Source: an uncultured Planctomycetota bacterium
GTDB lineage: Bacteria; Planctomycetota; Planctomycetia; Isosphaerales; Isosphaeraceae
NCBI GenBank assembly: GCA_963823665.1
Contig: CAWGMQ010000003.1
Span: 1,632,001-1,696,000 of the forward strand
Reading direction: 5' to 3'
DNA length: 64,000 nt
A program made the translations under genes and the position numbers. Of this stretch, positions 15,655-26,987 are shown piece by piece; within the stretch, counting starts at the first letter, position 1; each line of letters begins with the position of its first letter. Below the pieces are notes generated by a model, which saw nothing but the letters and a program-made list of their open reading frames with translations, made no database searches and was not told the DNA's origin.

Positions 15655-16054
15655 GAGGGGGCCTTCATTTTTCAGCTCGGCGTCACACGCGATGAGGCAG
15701 ATCGACGATCTCTTGAATATCGAGCCACCGATGAACCGTCAAGGGTTGGGTGGTTCACCACAGGAAACCGACAACCGTCGTCATTTGACGAACGTTCGGA
15801 GAAAGAGCGCAGTTGTACGTCGCGTCCAAATCGGTGACAATTCGGGAGCGAGCGGTCTTCGACGACGCATGGCTTTCGATGATTGACAAAAGCTCGCTTT
15901 GCAGGCACGACGACCCCGGCGGCTTCGTCCGCATCGAGATCCGGGCCGCCCCAGTCGTAATGTCAGAAACATCACACGGTCGTGACGGTCCGACAACCGG
16001 CTCGCGGCCTGGAGACGTTCGATCGGTAGGCAATTTGACGACCTGAGCGCCCGG

Positions 16055-17612
16055 TTGGAGCATCTGTCGGGCCAGTTCGACGAGCTCCGTGACTTAGTCG
16101 CAAAGGCGGTCCTACTTGCCGACAACGACACCGAGATGGCGCTGACCCGGATTCGGAAGGTGCTGGAATGGCTGATCAAAGATGCGTACCAACGGCTGGT
16201 CAAATCACCGCCCGGGACTCAACCCCTAGAGAATCTCCTCCAGCGTCTCCTCAAGGACGGTCACCTCCCTCTCCACTTGGCTCCATATACCACGTTTATC
16301 CGGGAGCTAGGCAATGCCGGAGCGCATCATCCGGAGGGCCAACACACGGTCCTGGATGTGAACGTTTCCCTGATTCAACTCAGAGCGATCCTCGATTGGT
16401 ACTTCCAGACGGTAAGGCCGGATGCAGCAGCTGTCTCCGAAACACCTGATCCATCGCGAGCCTCCGTTGAACTGCCGAAGCCAGTTGGGGGTGGCTCCCG
16501 GGTCGACCCGTTCGTCGGCTCGCGATTGACCGGCGACAAGCCCGCGAAAACGAAAGCGAATCCACAGTCCGAACTGCAAAGGGACCGCCTGCGCGAGTTC
16601 CAGGTGCCGGAAAGTCCGAAGGAAACCTTGCCGGATGTCGCTCGATCGCAGTAGCGTCCATGGATGTGGCCGCCGGTGATTCTCGCGGTGTCGATACTTG
16701 GGCTCCTTGGCGCGTGGCTGGGCGGCGTGTTTACGCGTGGCTTGTCCAGCGGTGCTGTGAGGGGCGCCGCCCGACCACTGATGGACGGACAAGCCGTCAG
16801 TGCCGTTCGCCTCGAGCTGGGACAATACTCGCCAGACGGCTCCTAAGCCCGTAGCTGCAGCGGATTCGATGGGCCCGCCGAAGCCGGTCACCAACTCGAT
16901 CGGGATGAAATTCGTGCTCGTCCCGGCCGGCGACTTCTTGATGGGGTCGCCCGATTCGGACAAGGACGCCGAGAAAGTCGAGAAGCCGCAACATCAAGTG
17001 CGGATCATGCGGCCGTTCTACCTGGGAGTGACCGAGGTCACACAGGGTCAGTACCGGAGCGTTGCCGGCGAGAACCCGAGCTTCTTCAAGGGGTCCGACG
17101 ACCTGCCAGTCGAGCAGGTCTTGTGGGAGGACGCGATCGCGTTCTGCAACAAGCTGAGCAAGCGCGAAGGGCTAACGCCGTATTACGTGTTCGGCGCCAG
17201 GGCCGCCCCGCTCGTCCAGTCGGGTAGTGTCGGTTATCGGTTGCCGACGCAAACGGAGTGGGAGTATGCGTGTCGGGCGGGCACGTCGACCCGTTACAGC
17301 TTCGGGGACGACGAAGCGAGCCTGGGTGAGTATGCATGGATCGGAGGCAACTCGAGCGGTAAGACCCACCCGGTGGGCCAGAAGCGTCAGAACACGATCG
17401 GGCTGTTCGACATGCACGGCAACGTGTCGGAGTGGTGCTGGGACGGTACCGACAAGAACTTTTACAGCCGTGGCCAGGGTCGGGTCAACCGCGGCGGCGG
17501 CTGGTGCAGCGGGCGCCCCTCCACCCGGTCCGCGGCCCGCTACGACCTCGGCCCGGGCGGCCAGAGCTACGACGTCGGCTTTCGCCTGGCTCGAGACCAG
17601 TCCGGAAGTTGA
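16055..17612 (+). pseudogene. DUF4145-like + TM + formylglycine-generating-enzyme (FGE-sulfatase) domain gene, interrupted
   Basis: RKVLE..RELGNAGAH (DUF4145-like); in-frame TAG 16652; TM segment 16664-16846; FGE motifs NSIGMKFV, RLPT..EWEYACRAG, DMHGNVSEW, GFRLAR in a shifted frame. Confidence 0.75.
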
Positions 17613-17784
17613 AGCCAGGGAACACTTGCGGAGCGCAGCTTGGTGCGGCGGGAGAAGGCGGAGCCACCGCCTCGATGGCCCGACGAAGGGCGCAGCGCCG
17701 GCGCCAACCGACTGTTCTCTTGGGCGGCCTGGATTCAGGGCGCCGCATCATTTCGCTTCCACCTTGGGCGCCTAACAAGCATTA

Positions 17785-19023
17785 TCAATTGATTAACATG
17801 TCGTGCCCCCGCGCCGCTCCCGTCGGAAGCTTGTTCAGATCAACGTTGAAAAACGGATCAACCTTCATCCCGTCCGGCCCGATGTGCACCAGCCGTACGC
17901 AAAACCGCCCCGAGTGGTCCAGCGTCGAGAGCAACGAGTTCGACACATACATCCGCTTGCCGTCCCCGGTCACGTGCATCATGTTGGGTTGTACGCAAGG
18001 CGAAACCGTGCTCGTGAGCTTCAGGTGTTCGGGGTCGGAAACATCCCACTGCTGAATCAGGTTGTCACCAAAGCAGCTCACGTAAAGGTACCTGTCATCC
18101 GGGCTTTGCCGCAGGTCCGCCGGCAGTGCACCGGTGTCGGCAACCTTCTTGAACGAGTAGTTGCCCTCACCGCCATCGCCCCCCTTGAACAACCAGATCG
18201 AATTATCGAGGGCACAGTTGGTGAACCCGTAGTTCTTCTCGGGTTTCAGGCTCCAGCGCACCTCCAGAGGCGCCAGGCCCGCCTTCCCCACTTGCAGCGG
18301 CTGGCGATTCTTGTAGTCCCAGACGACCAGCTCGCTGCCGAAGTCCTTGAGGTCCATCTGAGCCAGCGGCTTCTGATAGTTGCGCAGCGGCGTGAAGCTC
18401 GAAGTGACCATCCGGTTCAGCCCCGGCTTCACGGCGACGTCGTACCCGTAAGGCGCTTCGCTCGGGTGCTCGATCCGCCGGATGAACTTGCCGTCATTCG
18501 TGAACTCCGCCATGCCGGCCGGCAACCCTCCGGCTGCCGACCCGAGAAACGTGATCAACATCCGGCCCGGCAGTGCGTAATAGCTGTGCGGCCCGGAAAG
18601 ACCGGAAACTTCCTTGATGTGATCCAGCGTCTTCTCGACGCGCGGCTTGGCCGGGTCGGTGGCTACGTCGATGATCCAGATCCGGCTCGAAAACAACCCG
18701 CCGGCCCAGATCCGTCGCCGATCGTCCGTGTAGCCGAAGTGATGAGTCTCGTTCCCCTTGGTCCCCAGGTCGAGCGTATTGATGATCGTTCCGAAAGCCG
18801 CGCTGTCCGGGTTCACATCAATCACGGCCAGGAAGTCGTTGTCCTTGCCATCGACATCGACGCAGAACAGGTAGAGGACCTTCTCCGGGCGATCGAGCCG
18901 CTTCACGAATGGCGAGAGACATGTCTCGGAGTGCACCGCAGGCAACATCAAAAAGGCCAGTCCCGCTCCGATGAGTGAACAGGCCAGCGCTACTCCAGAA
19001 CGCGCCGAACGTGTCAGGCCCAT
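17785..19023 (-). CDS. Selenium-binding protein 56 / methanethiol oxidase-like beta-propeller
   Basis: DFLAVIDV, NETHHFG, GPHSY, YGYDV, APLEVR, YVSNSLLS; N-terminal signal. Confidence 0.8.
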   Translation of the reverse strand: MGLTRSARSGVALACSLIGAGLAFLMLPAVHSETCLSPFVKRLDRPEKVLYLFCVDVDGKDNDFLAVIDVNPDSAAFGTIINTLDLGTKGNETHHFGYTDDRRRIWAGGLFSSRIWIIDVATDPAKPRVEKTLDHIKEVSGLSGPHSYYALPGRMLITFLGSAAGGLPAGMAEFTNDGKFIRRIEHPSEAPYGYDVAVKPGLNRMVTSSFTPLRNYQKPLAQMDLKDFGSELVVWDYKNRQPLQVGKAGLAPLEVRWSLKPEKNYGFTNCALDNSIWLFKGGDGGEGNYSFKKVADTGALPADLRQSPDDRYLYVSCFGDNLIQQWDVSDPEHLKLTSTVSPCVQPNMMHVTGDGKRMYVSNSLLSTLDHSGRFCVRLVHIGPDGMKVDPFFNVDLNKLPTGAARGHDMLIN

Positions 19024-19099
19024 GATCTTCTCTCCAATGATTTGCGGAAGTGCGTCCATCCTGAGATCGCGGTAGCGTAGCCGGTTGAGCCGATCTCCG

Positions 19100-19501
19100 C
19101 TAGACGGTCGGACGACGCAGCGCGTCCTGTTTCCAACGAGGCGGCGCCAAGACAAACGCAGCCAGGACCGCCAGACCGACTGCCGTGTAGAGCACCGGCA
19201 AGACCCAGGGCGCCGGATCGTAGAAAAGCAGGCGGTGAGTCCAGTACCCGATGAAGTCACCAGGGTAGGCGACCTGCCCGGCCGCTTCGCGGAGCTGCCG
19301 TTCCCACGCCGTGAGCGGGCAGGGAATCCCGGCAAGGGTTTCGCCTACCACGATTCCGATCATGGCAACGTGGATCGACCGGAACCAGCGATTCCGGACC
19401 CACCTCCAGCGCAAGGCAATGCCCACCAGGATCGCGACCAACCCCAGAACAATGAAGCTGGCATACGCCGCGTGCACCACAACGATCAGATCCGCCACCA
19501 T
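19100..19501 (-). CDS. DUF2784-like membrane protein
   Basis: H..Y..FIVLG, CPLT.WE..LR motifs. Confidence 0.8.
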   Translation of the reverse strand: MVADLIVVVHAAYASFIVLGLVAILVGIALRWRWVRNRWFRSIHVAMIGIVVGETLAGIPCPLTAWERQLREAAGQVAYPGDFIGYWTHRLLFYDPAPWVLPVLYTAVGLAVLAAFVLAPPRWKQDALRRPTV

Positions 19502-19712
19502 GCCACGCCAGACCATCGGTCATCTCCGCTCGATCAAATGCGTTGCCGAACATCTGCCACCCATCATACCGTCCTCGCGAAGTTTGGTGCAGAAATCATC
19601 GCGTTTCTCTCTGGGCCGTTGCTCCGAGACCCTTGACGTGGTTTACTGATGCTCGGTTTCTGCGTGTGAATTTGCATTTAAGTCTCCAAGCGATCAAAGG
19701 GAGATCGCCACC

Positions 19713-20450
19713 ATGTCTGAGCCCGGCTCTGTCGGACCCGAAAAAACCGTTCCAGCGAAAAAACCGATTTCGCCCGCGCGAAGAATCGTTAGCCTCATCC
19801 TCCTCGCCGGCGTGATCGGATTCGGTTGCGTCGAAGTCATACCGAAATGGGGCTACAACGCCGCGATCGCCAAGCTCGAAGCTCGAACTGCAGAAGAAAA
19901 CAAAGACCTGATGACCATGCAGGAAGCCGAAGCACTCATGGGCAAGGCAGCGGATGGCGACGCGGTCGATTTCAGACAGAACAATTATGACTTTTCGAAG
20001 AAGACCTACACCTGGAACGGATTGATCTGGCACTACACGGTGACTGCGTTCTACACGAAGGAGAAGACGACTCCTCACTTACATCACTACGCCACCGAAG
20101 GCAAAGAGAACGAGATTGAGCTGCCGAAGCTCGAGAGCGCCACTGTGCCTGAGCCAAAATCCCGCGGCGGGCGAGGCGGTTCCACAGCCAAAGGAGCATC
20201 CGGCAAACAGGGCGGTACCGGAAGCGGCTCGACCCCGCCGTCGAAGGCTGCCACCGACGGCAAGAGTCCGCCGTCAGCGCCGAGCGACAAGCCCGCCGAA
20301 ACCAAACCCGAGCCGAGCGACAAGTCCGCTACGCCCAAGCCCAATCCGCCCGCCGATGGAGCGCCCAAGGAAAAACCCGCTTCGCCTGGCGGTGACGCAA
20401 GCCCATCCAAGCCGGCCGCCGACACGCCTGCCACAAAGCCTTCACAGTGA
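19713..20450 (+). CDS. Hypothetical membrane-anchored protein with Pro/Ser/Lys-rich tail
   Basis: GGAG RBS, one TM segment, low-complexity C-terminus. Confidence 0.7.
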   Translation: MSEPGSVGPEKTVPAKKPISPARRIVSLILLAGVIGFGCVEVIPKWGYNAAIAKLEARTAEENKDLMTMQEAEALMGKAADGDAVDFRQNNYDFSKKTYTWNGLIWHYTVTAFYTKEKTTPHLHHYATEGKENEIELPKLESATVPEPKSRGGRGGSTAKGASGKQGGTGSGSTPPSKAATDGKSPPSAPSDKPAETKPEPSDKSATPKPNPPADGAPKEKPASPGGDASPSKPAADTPATKPSQ

Positions 20451-20472
20451 GATCCGGAAACTACGCACAGCC

Positions 20473-21716
20473 TCAGGGCTCGCCTGGCGCAAGCCGGCGT
20501 GCAAACGCACCGACCGCGGCGTGACAGACGTGGATCTCCGGCTCGATCCCCGCTCGCTCGCGGTAGCCTCTGGCCACGGCCCGCGAAAACGCATCCGCGC
20601 ACTGGGCTTTCACCAGGTTCACCGTGCATCCCGCCCAGCCTGCCCCCGAGAGCTTTCCTCCCAGAAAGCCGGGGGCTCGCGCGGCAATCTCGATCAGAGC
20701 GTCCAGCGCCTCCGAGCTATTCTCAAAGTCATCGCGGCTCGAAGCGTGGGATGCCGACATCAAGCGGCCAAACGCGATGGCGTCGCCGGATCGGAGCGCC
20801 ACCGCGCCTTGGCGCACGCGTTCATTCTCGCTCAAAACATGGCGGGCGCGCTTGCGCCCGACAGGGTCGAGCTCGTCCCATCTCGACTCGAGCTGCGTCA
20901 GGCTCAGACGTGAAAGCTGGCCATCGCCGCCGTCGGGAAGAAGCGAATCTCGAAACGCGCTCCCCACCGCCTCGCACTCCGCGCGCGGCGATCGTACATC
21001 CCGTCCGCCAGCCGGCGCGAGGTCCTGGAATCGCAGACAACAATCGCCGGGCCAGGGTCTCCCAGAGGCAGCCGGTCGAAGTCGAGCGTGCTGCAATCGA
21101 GAAAAAGCGCGCAGCCTTCGCGTCCAAACAGACTCGAAAACTGATCGAGCAAACCCGAGCCCACACCCACGAACTCATTCTCCGATCGCCTGAGCACCTG
21201 GGCCAGTTCCAATCGGAGCGCATCCCCGCGTTCCATCTCGAAGTCCGAACTCGACCGCCCCGGCACCGCACCGAGCTCGATCAGGAACATCGCGCACGCA
21301 GCCTGAAGGCTCGCCGAGCTCGACAGCCCGGCCCCGAGCGGAACGTCTCCCGCAACCACCGAGTCAAACCCGCACTCAAGCGGCCCGCGCCAGCCACTGA
21401 GTGCCCAGCACACGCCTCGGATGTAGCGCGTCCACGCGCCGGGTCTCGGTCGGCTGGATGTCATCGAGCGAAAACGAATCCAGCTCGTTGAACTGAACCG
21501 AGGCAACCCTCGCCTCGCGCCCCGCACGCGCCGGCCGACGAACGCAGTCCTGCGATCGATCGCAGCGGCAACGACGAGACCGCCGTTGTAATCAGTGTGG
21601 TTGCCGAGAAGCTCGACTCGTCCCGGCGCCGACGCCATCACCGCCGGCTCGCCCCCGAACCGTGCCGTGAATCCGGCCACCGCCAGATCCAGGGGACTCT
21701 TCGGTGCGGCGGTCAT
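20473..21716 (-). CDS. galK: Galactokinase (frameshifts ~21510-21440 and ~20990)
   Basis: APGRVELLGNHTDYN, PLGAGLSSSA, RARHVLSENERV, SGAGWAGC. Confidence 0.88.
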
Positions 21717-21832
21717 GCACGCCCCCAGAGCAGAGCCCCGACCGGGGCGACATCATGGAGCCCAGGGGTCGGCTGTTGAAAACTTGCGATCGACTTCGCG
21801 CTGATTTCCCACCGCGTACTTTGCGCCAAGCT

Positions 21833-21865
21833 TCCCCCCTTTAGAAGGGGGGGCCAGGGGGGGTG
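21833..21865. repeat. REP-like palindrome CCCCCCTT-N3-AAGGGGGG...AGGGGGG
   Basis: Short hairpin between metK and galK. Confidence 0.55.
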
Positions 21866-21885
21866 CCTTCCGGTCGCATCATCGT

Positions 21886-23079
21886 TCAAGCCAGCGTTGA
21901 AGGTGCAAACGTATTCGCCGACTCGCGGAGAAGATTGGCTTTATCCGTCTTCTCCCACGTGAACTCGGGCTCCGAGCGGCCGAAGTGGCCGCCGCTCGCG
22001 GTCTTGCGGTAAATCGGCCGTCGCAGATCGAGGTGCTTGATGATCCCGGACGGATTCAGTCGGAAGCTCCGGCGCACAACCTCCGCGATCAGCGAGTCGG
22101 GCATCGTGCCGGTCCCCTGAGTGTCCACGTGCACGCTCACCGGCTCGGAGACACCAATCGCATACGCCAGTTGAATCTCGCACCGTTCCGCAAGCCGCGA
22201 GGCGACAATGTTCTTGGCGACATAACGGGCCATGTAGGCAGCCGAACGGTCGACCTTGGTGGGGTCCTTCCCGCTGAACGCACCGCCGCCGTGGCGCCCC
22301 ATGCCGCCGTACGTGTCAACGATGATCTTGCGCCCGGTCACTCCGGAGTCACCGTGTGGCCCGCCGATCACGAACTTGCCCGTCGGATTAATGTGGTACG
22401 TGAGCGACGAGTCGACCAGATCCGGCGGCAGCACCGGCTCGATCACTTCCTTCTTGACGCGCTCCACGATCTCCGCATGGCTGACATCCGGATGGTGCTG
22501 CGTCGAGACGACCACCGTGTCGATCCGAATCGGTGTGAAACCCTCGTATTCCACCGTCACCTGGCTCTTCGAATCCGGTCGAAGCCACTTGATCGTCCCG
22601 TTTTTCCGCAAATCCGTGATGCGATTGATGATCCGGTGGGCCAGTGCAATGGGCAAAGGCATGAGTTCCGGCGTGTCGTTGCATGCGAAGCCGAACATCA
22701 TCCCCTGGTCGCCGGCGCCGATGTCCTTCCCTCGGGTGCTGTCTTCATCCACTCCTTGGGCGATGTCGGGCGATTGTTTGCCGAGTGCCACCATCACCGC
22801 GCATGTGCCCGCGTCAAATCCCATGTCGCTCGACGTGTACCCGATCTCGCGCACGATCTGCCGCACGATTGCCGGGTAGTCAACCTGGGCCTTGGTCGTG
22901 ATCTCGCCCGCCAGGCAGACGAGCCCGGTTGTGAGCAACGTCTCACATGCCACTCGCGCATGCGGATCCTGTGCCAGGATGGCGTCGAGTATGCCGTCGG
23001 AAATCTGGTCCGCCATCTTGTCCGGATGGCCCATGGACACGGATTCGCTCGTGAAAAGATAGCGATCGTTATCAGGCAC
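21886..23079 (-). CDS. metK: S-adenosylmethionine synthetase
   Basis: [26 protein letters not shown]. Confidence 0.98.
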   Translation of the reverse strand: MPDNDRYLFTSESVSMGHPDKMADQISDGILDAILAQDPHARVACETLLTTGLVCLAGEITTKAQVDYPAIVRQIVREIGYTSSDMGFDAGTCAVMVALGKQSPDIAQGVDEDSTRGKDIGAGDQGMMFGFACNDTPELMPLPIALAHRIINRITDLRKNGTIKWLRPDSKSQVTVEYEGFTPIRIDTVVVSTQHHPDVSHAEIVERVKKEVIEPVLPPDLVDSSLTYHINPTGKFVIGGPHGDSGVTGRKIIVDTYGGMGRHGGGAFSGKDPTKVDRSAAYMARYVAKNIVASRLAERCEIQLAYAIGVSEPVSVHVDTQGTGTMPDSLIAEVVRRSFRLNPSGIIKHLDLRRPIYRKTASGGHFGRSEPEFTWEKTDKANLLRESANTFAPSTLA

Positions 23080-23314
23080 GGAAGGGAATCTCCTAGCGGG
23101 TCGAGCGTCTGTTTGGAGCACGGCTGTTCCGGAAGACGGAAGCCGCCCAATTGTGGTTCGTCTACCTACCGAGGGGGAGGCATCGTGGTGGTGAAGTCTA
23201 ACAAAACGGAACGCCGCTGAAAAGAACCGTTTGGTCGTGTTGCGTGCCGGCATCGCCCGCAGCCGCGCGACGTTTCGCTCGCCCCACCACCGAGCGGCCA
23301 GACTTGTCGCAGCA

Positions 23315-24217
23315 CTATTCCTCGCCGGGCTCGATGTCCTCGTCGGTGTCGTCCGCTTCCGGCAGTTCGCGCTCGGAATCAACCGGATCGTCCCCGCCCG
23401 GCAGCGATGCTTGAGCCTCGCGGTCGCGGCTGTACCAGCTCCAGAGCAGCCGATGGGTCGCATACTCGAGCAGTGCGTGCGAGCTCGGGAATTCACAGTC
23501 GCCGGCCTCGGCCATCTTGAGGATCGCCCGAGTCGACGGCGTGATGTAGGCTACGTCCGCGCGGGCGCACAGATCCGCGAGGAACACCGGAAAGTTCTCG
23601 GCCGCAGAGTTGCTGAGCCGGTTGCCCAGGTACGCGTAGCTCATCTGATTCTCGACCACGCGGAACGCAATCCGTGGATCCCGGCGCACGACCAGCGCCT
23701 CGCCCACCGGGTCGCGCGGCACCCGCTGCGCCCGCGCATGCCGTCCCAGCGGCCGAGGTTTCATGAGCGCCAGAGCACGAATACCCGAGACGACCGTTGA
23801 GGGCCATCGCGCATTCGGGTCCTTCCGGTACTCATCCTCAGCAGAGATCCGGCCAGCACAGATCATCTCGACCCGGTCCCACGGCACCCAGTGCGTCGGC
23901 TCACCGCGCAGCCCCTCAATCCGAAATCCGTCGCTCAAGCACGCCGCCCGGTGCACAGTCCGCGCCGGACTCAGTTCGGGAAACTGGTCGGCCCGCCAGG
24001 CCTCGGCCGCCACGCCCGCTTCGTACAGGCCGTCCAGCAACTTGCGCACATCAGCTTCTTCGAGGTGCTTCGGCCAGACCCCGGGCGCCCGCGCCAGCCA
24101 CTGCACCGCGTCAGTCGGGTGCATCCCGGTCACGTCGCAAACGACTTCACGCAACTCTTGCGGATCATCGATCGCATCGAAGATCACCAGGCGGTAGTGC
24201 TTGGGCGTGTTAGGCAT
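23315..24217 (-). CDS. Conserved hypothetical protein
   Basis: 300 aa ORF, plausible composition, acidic tail, co-oriented with neighbours. Confidence 0.7.
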   Translation of the reverse strand: MPNTPKHYRLVIFDAIDDPQELREVVCDVTGMHPTDAVQWLARAPGVWPKHLEEADVRKLLDGLYEAGVAAEAWRADQFPELSPARTVHRAACLSDGFRIEGLRGEPTHWVPWDRVEMICAGRISAEDEYRKDPNARWPSTVVSGIRALALMKPRPLGRHARAQRVPRDPVGEALVVRRDPRIAFRVVENQMSYAYLGNRLSNSAAENFPVFLADLCARADVAYITPSTRAILKMAEAGDCEFPSSHALLEYATHRLLWSWYSRDREAQASLPGGDDPVDSERELPEADDTDEDIEPGEE

Positions 24218-24261
24218 GATCGACGCAGGCTCCCGGCATCAAGCAGTCCGTGCAATTCTCC

Positions 24262-24996
24262 CTACCGACCGCGGCGCAGCCCGTTCGTCTTCTTGCCGGG
24301 CTGCGGCCCGTTCTTCTTCTCCCCGCCTTTGGCGGCCGGTCGCTGCGGTAGCTCAAACAGCTCCCCGACCACGACCGAGAAACCCGGCAGCACATCGCCG
24401 CCGTCAAGCCGCATCGAGGCCCTCAGCCGGGTATATTGGTCCGGCGCCGTGTATACGTCGACAACCCGGCTTTTCGGACGCACGAACCAGACCAGGCGCA
24501 CACCTTTCTCGAAGTATTCGCGGAGCTTTTCCTCCATCTCTTTGCGAGTGTTGCTCCGGCTGATGACCTCGACGGCAAGGTCCGGAACCAGTAAGGGAAC
24601 AGGCTCTTTGGGAACTCCACCACCCGGCAGCCGCTCCAATGAAATGAACAATGCGTCGGGAATCCGCACGAGGTTAAGATCGAGCTGGATCGTTCCTCCC
24701 TCACCGGCGACCATTCCCAGAGCCCGGGGACGCACGAAGTTATTGAGGAAGGTCACGATATTCCCAGCGATGAAGGAGTCCTCAAACCCCCCGGTCTTCT
24801 CCACCAAGATGCCGTCGACCAGCTCATAGAGCCGGTCTTCATGGTCATTGAGCCGGACAACATCGTCAACGGTCCCGCAGCCCGGTGGCGGGCTTTGGCG
24901 GATACGCTCAAACGGAATCGGGCCAAACCGCCGGTAAAGATCGGCGACGGTCCAGGTCTTTCTCGGCGCTTTTTCGATGGCGTTAATCGCAGCCAT
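24262..24996 (-). CDS. Uma2 family (DUF820) endonuclease-like protein, copy 1
   Basis: YELVDG.LVEK, RIPD, PDLAVEVISRSN, LPGF. Confidence 0.9.
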   Translation of the reverse strand: MAAINAIEKAPRKTWTVADLYRRFGPIPFERIRQSPPPGCGTVDDVVRLNDHEDRLYELVDGILVEKTGGFEDSFIAGNIVTFLNNFVRPRALGMVAGEGGTIQLDLNLVRIPDALFISLERLPGGGVPKEPVPLLVPDLAVEVISRSNTRKEMEEKLREYFEKGVRLVWFVRPKSRVVDVYTAPDQYTRLRASMRLDGGDVLPGFSVVVGELFELPQRPAAKGGEKKNGPQPGKKTNGLRRGR

Positions 24997-25032
24997 TGCT
25001 CATCTCACCGTGGTCAGCTACAAACGTAAAGA

Positions 25033-25764
25033 TCACCCCTTCCGCCGCCCATTCTTCTTGTTCCCAGGCTGCGGCCCGTTCTTCTTTTCCCCGCCTTTGG
25101 CGGCCGGTCGCTGCGGCACTTCAAACAGCTCCCCGACCATGACGGAGAAACCTGGCAGCACGTCGCCGCCGTCGAGCCGCATCGACGCGGTCAGCCGGGT
25201 AAATTGGTCCGGCGCTGTGTGTACGTCGACAACTCGACTCTTCGGACGCACGAACCAGACCAGGCGAACACCTTTCTCGAAGTATTCGCGGAGCTTTTCC
25301 TCCATCTCTTTGCGGGTGTTGCTCCGGCTGATGACCTCCACGGTCAAGTCGGGAACCAGTAGGGGAACGGGCTCTCTGGGAACCTCACCCCCGGGTAACC
25401 GCTCCCACGAGATGAACAACGCGTCGGGAATCCGAACGAGGTTGAGGGCGAGCTGGATCGTCCCATCGGCTCCGAGCACCACTCCCAGATTTCGCGGGTC
25501 GACAAAATTGCCGAGCAGCCGCCCGATCTTCATCCCGATTCGAGATTCCTCAAATCCCACGGTCTTCTCCACCAAGATGCTATCGACCAGCTCGTAAAGC
25601 CGGTCTTCGTGGTCGTTGAGCCGGACAACATCGTCGACCGTCCCGCACCCCGGCGGCGGGTTCTGGCGGATGCGCTCAAACGGAATCGGGCCGAACCGCC
25701 GGTAGAGATCGGCGACAGTCCAGACCTTTCGTTGCGGCAAAGCGCGAGTCCGGAGCGTGGTCAT
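25033..25764 (-). CDS. Uma2 family endonuclease-like protein, copy 2
   Basis: Highly similar tandem paralog of 24262-24996. Confidence 0.9.
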   Translation of the reverse strand: MTTLRTRALPQRKVWTVADLYRRFGPIPFERIRQNPPPGCGTVDDVVRLNDHEDRLYELVDSILVEKTVGFEESRIGMKIGRLLGNFVDPRNLGVVLGADGTIQLALNLVRIPDALFISWERLPGGEVPREPVPLLVPDLTVEVISRSNTRKEMEEKLREYFEKGVRLVWFVRPKSRVVDVHTAPDQFTRLTASMRLDGGDVLPGFSVMVGELFEVPQRPAAKGGEKKNGPQPGNKKNGRRKG

Positions 25765-26028
25765 GACGGGGTCTCATCGTGTGCCTGACAGAAGAGTTGG
25801 AATCATCGTATCATCCCTCTCACGGCAAGCCAATCGGCGGCGCCGCACAACAGAGGTTTCCATCCCCTGGCCAAAGCCAGACCGTCCGCTCGGGTGTGCC
25901 TCGCCCCTATCTTGTGGTACTCTGAAGCCCAAACCCGTGCGGTGGCGCGCCGGCGGAGCCCTCGCCGCCGGAGCCAATCTCGAGCCTTCACCGCCATCAA
26001 CCAACCAGCACTTGGAAGGGACCGCGCG

Positions 26029-26937
26029 GTGCGCCAGCTCGGAACACTGCCGAAAGAACTCGACCCCAAGGTCTTCGCCGACTACCTCCTGACCCTCGGT
26101 ATGAAGACGCGCGTCGACGAGCGGCCGGACGGCTGGGCGCTGTGGATCTACAACGAAGATCACCTCCCGCGAGCTCGCGAAGAGCTCAGCGGCTACCTGA
26201 GCGCCCCCGATGACCCGCGTTACCGAAGCGCAGTCGATTCGGCAAAAAGCATTCGTCGCGAGGAAAAGCAGCTCGACCAGAAGTTCCGCAAAAACTTCCG
26301 CGAAGCCGCGGATATCTGGGGCTATCCCAGCGTGCGCCGGCGCCCCGTGACGGTCCTGATCAGCGTGGCGTGTGTCGCCGTCTTCTTCCTGCTCGAAACC
26401 AAGAGCAACCGGCATAAAGTGCAAGACGCGCTTCGGTTCTCCACCAACTTCGTCGACGCCCAGGGCCAAGAGCGGAACAACGGCTTCAACGACGTCGTCC
26501 ACGGTGAAATGTGGCGGCTGGTGACCCCCATCTTCCTCCACTTTAGCATTCTGCACCTTCTACTCAACATGATGGCCTTCTCCGCGCTCGGCACTCTCAT
26601 CGAGATCCGCCGCGGCACGCTCCGGCTCGCCTTGATGATTCTCCTTCTTGCGGTCACGTCCAATATCGGCGAATTTCTTTACTGGGAGAGGATCGAGCCA
26701 GGCAAAGCTCACGACCTCTTCGGCGGAATCTCCGGAGTGGTCTGCGGCCTCTTCGGCTACATCTGGATGAAGGGACTCTATGAGCCCGAGCAGAGAATGA
26801 TCCTGCATCCCAACAGCGTCAGTTTCTTCCTCCTCTTGATCGTCCTCTGCATGACTGGCATCTTCGGTCCGATCGCCAACGCAGCCCACGTCGTCGGGCT
26901 CATCATGGGCGTTGCCCTGGGAGTCCTCCGCTACTGA
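26029..26937 (+). CDS. Rhomboid intramembrane serine protease (GlpG-like)
   Basis: [23 protein letters not shown]. Confidence 0.9.
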   Translation: MRQLGTLPKELDPKVFADYLLTLGMKTRVDERPDGWALWIYNEDHLPRAREELSGYLSAPDDPRYRSAVDSAKSIRREEKQLDQKFRKNFREAADIWGYPSVRRRPVTVLISVACVAVFFLLETKSNRHKVQDALRFSTNFVDAQGQERNNGFNDVVHGEMWRLVTPIFLHFSILHLLLNMMAFSALGTLIEIRRGTLRLALMILLLAVTSNIGEFLYWERIEPGKAHDLFGGISGVVCGLFGYIWMKGLYEPEQRMILHPNSVSFFLLLIVLCMTGIFGPIANAAHVVGLIMGVALGVLRY

Positions 26938-26987
26938 GCAGGCTCGTTTTCCCTTCACCATCCGTAGCGTCATGGGAGCCTTCGATC

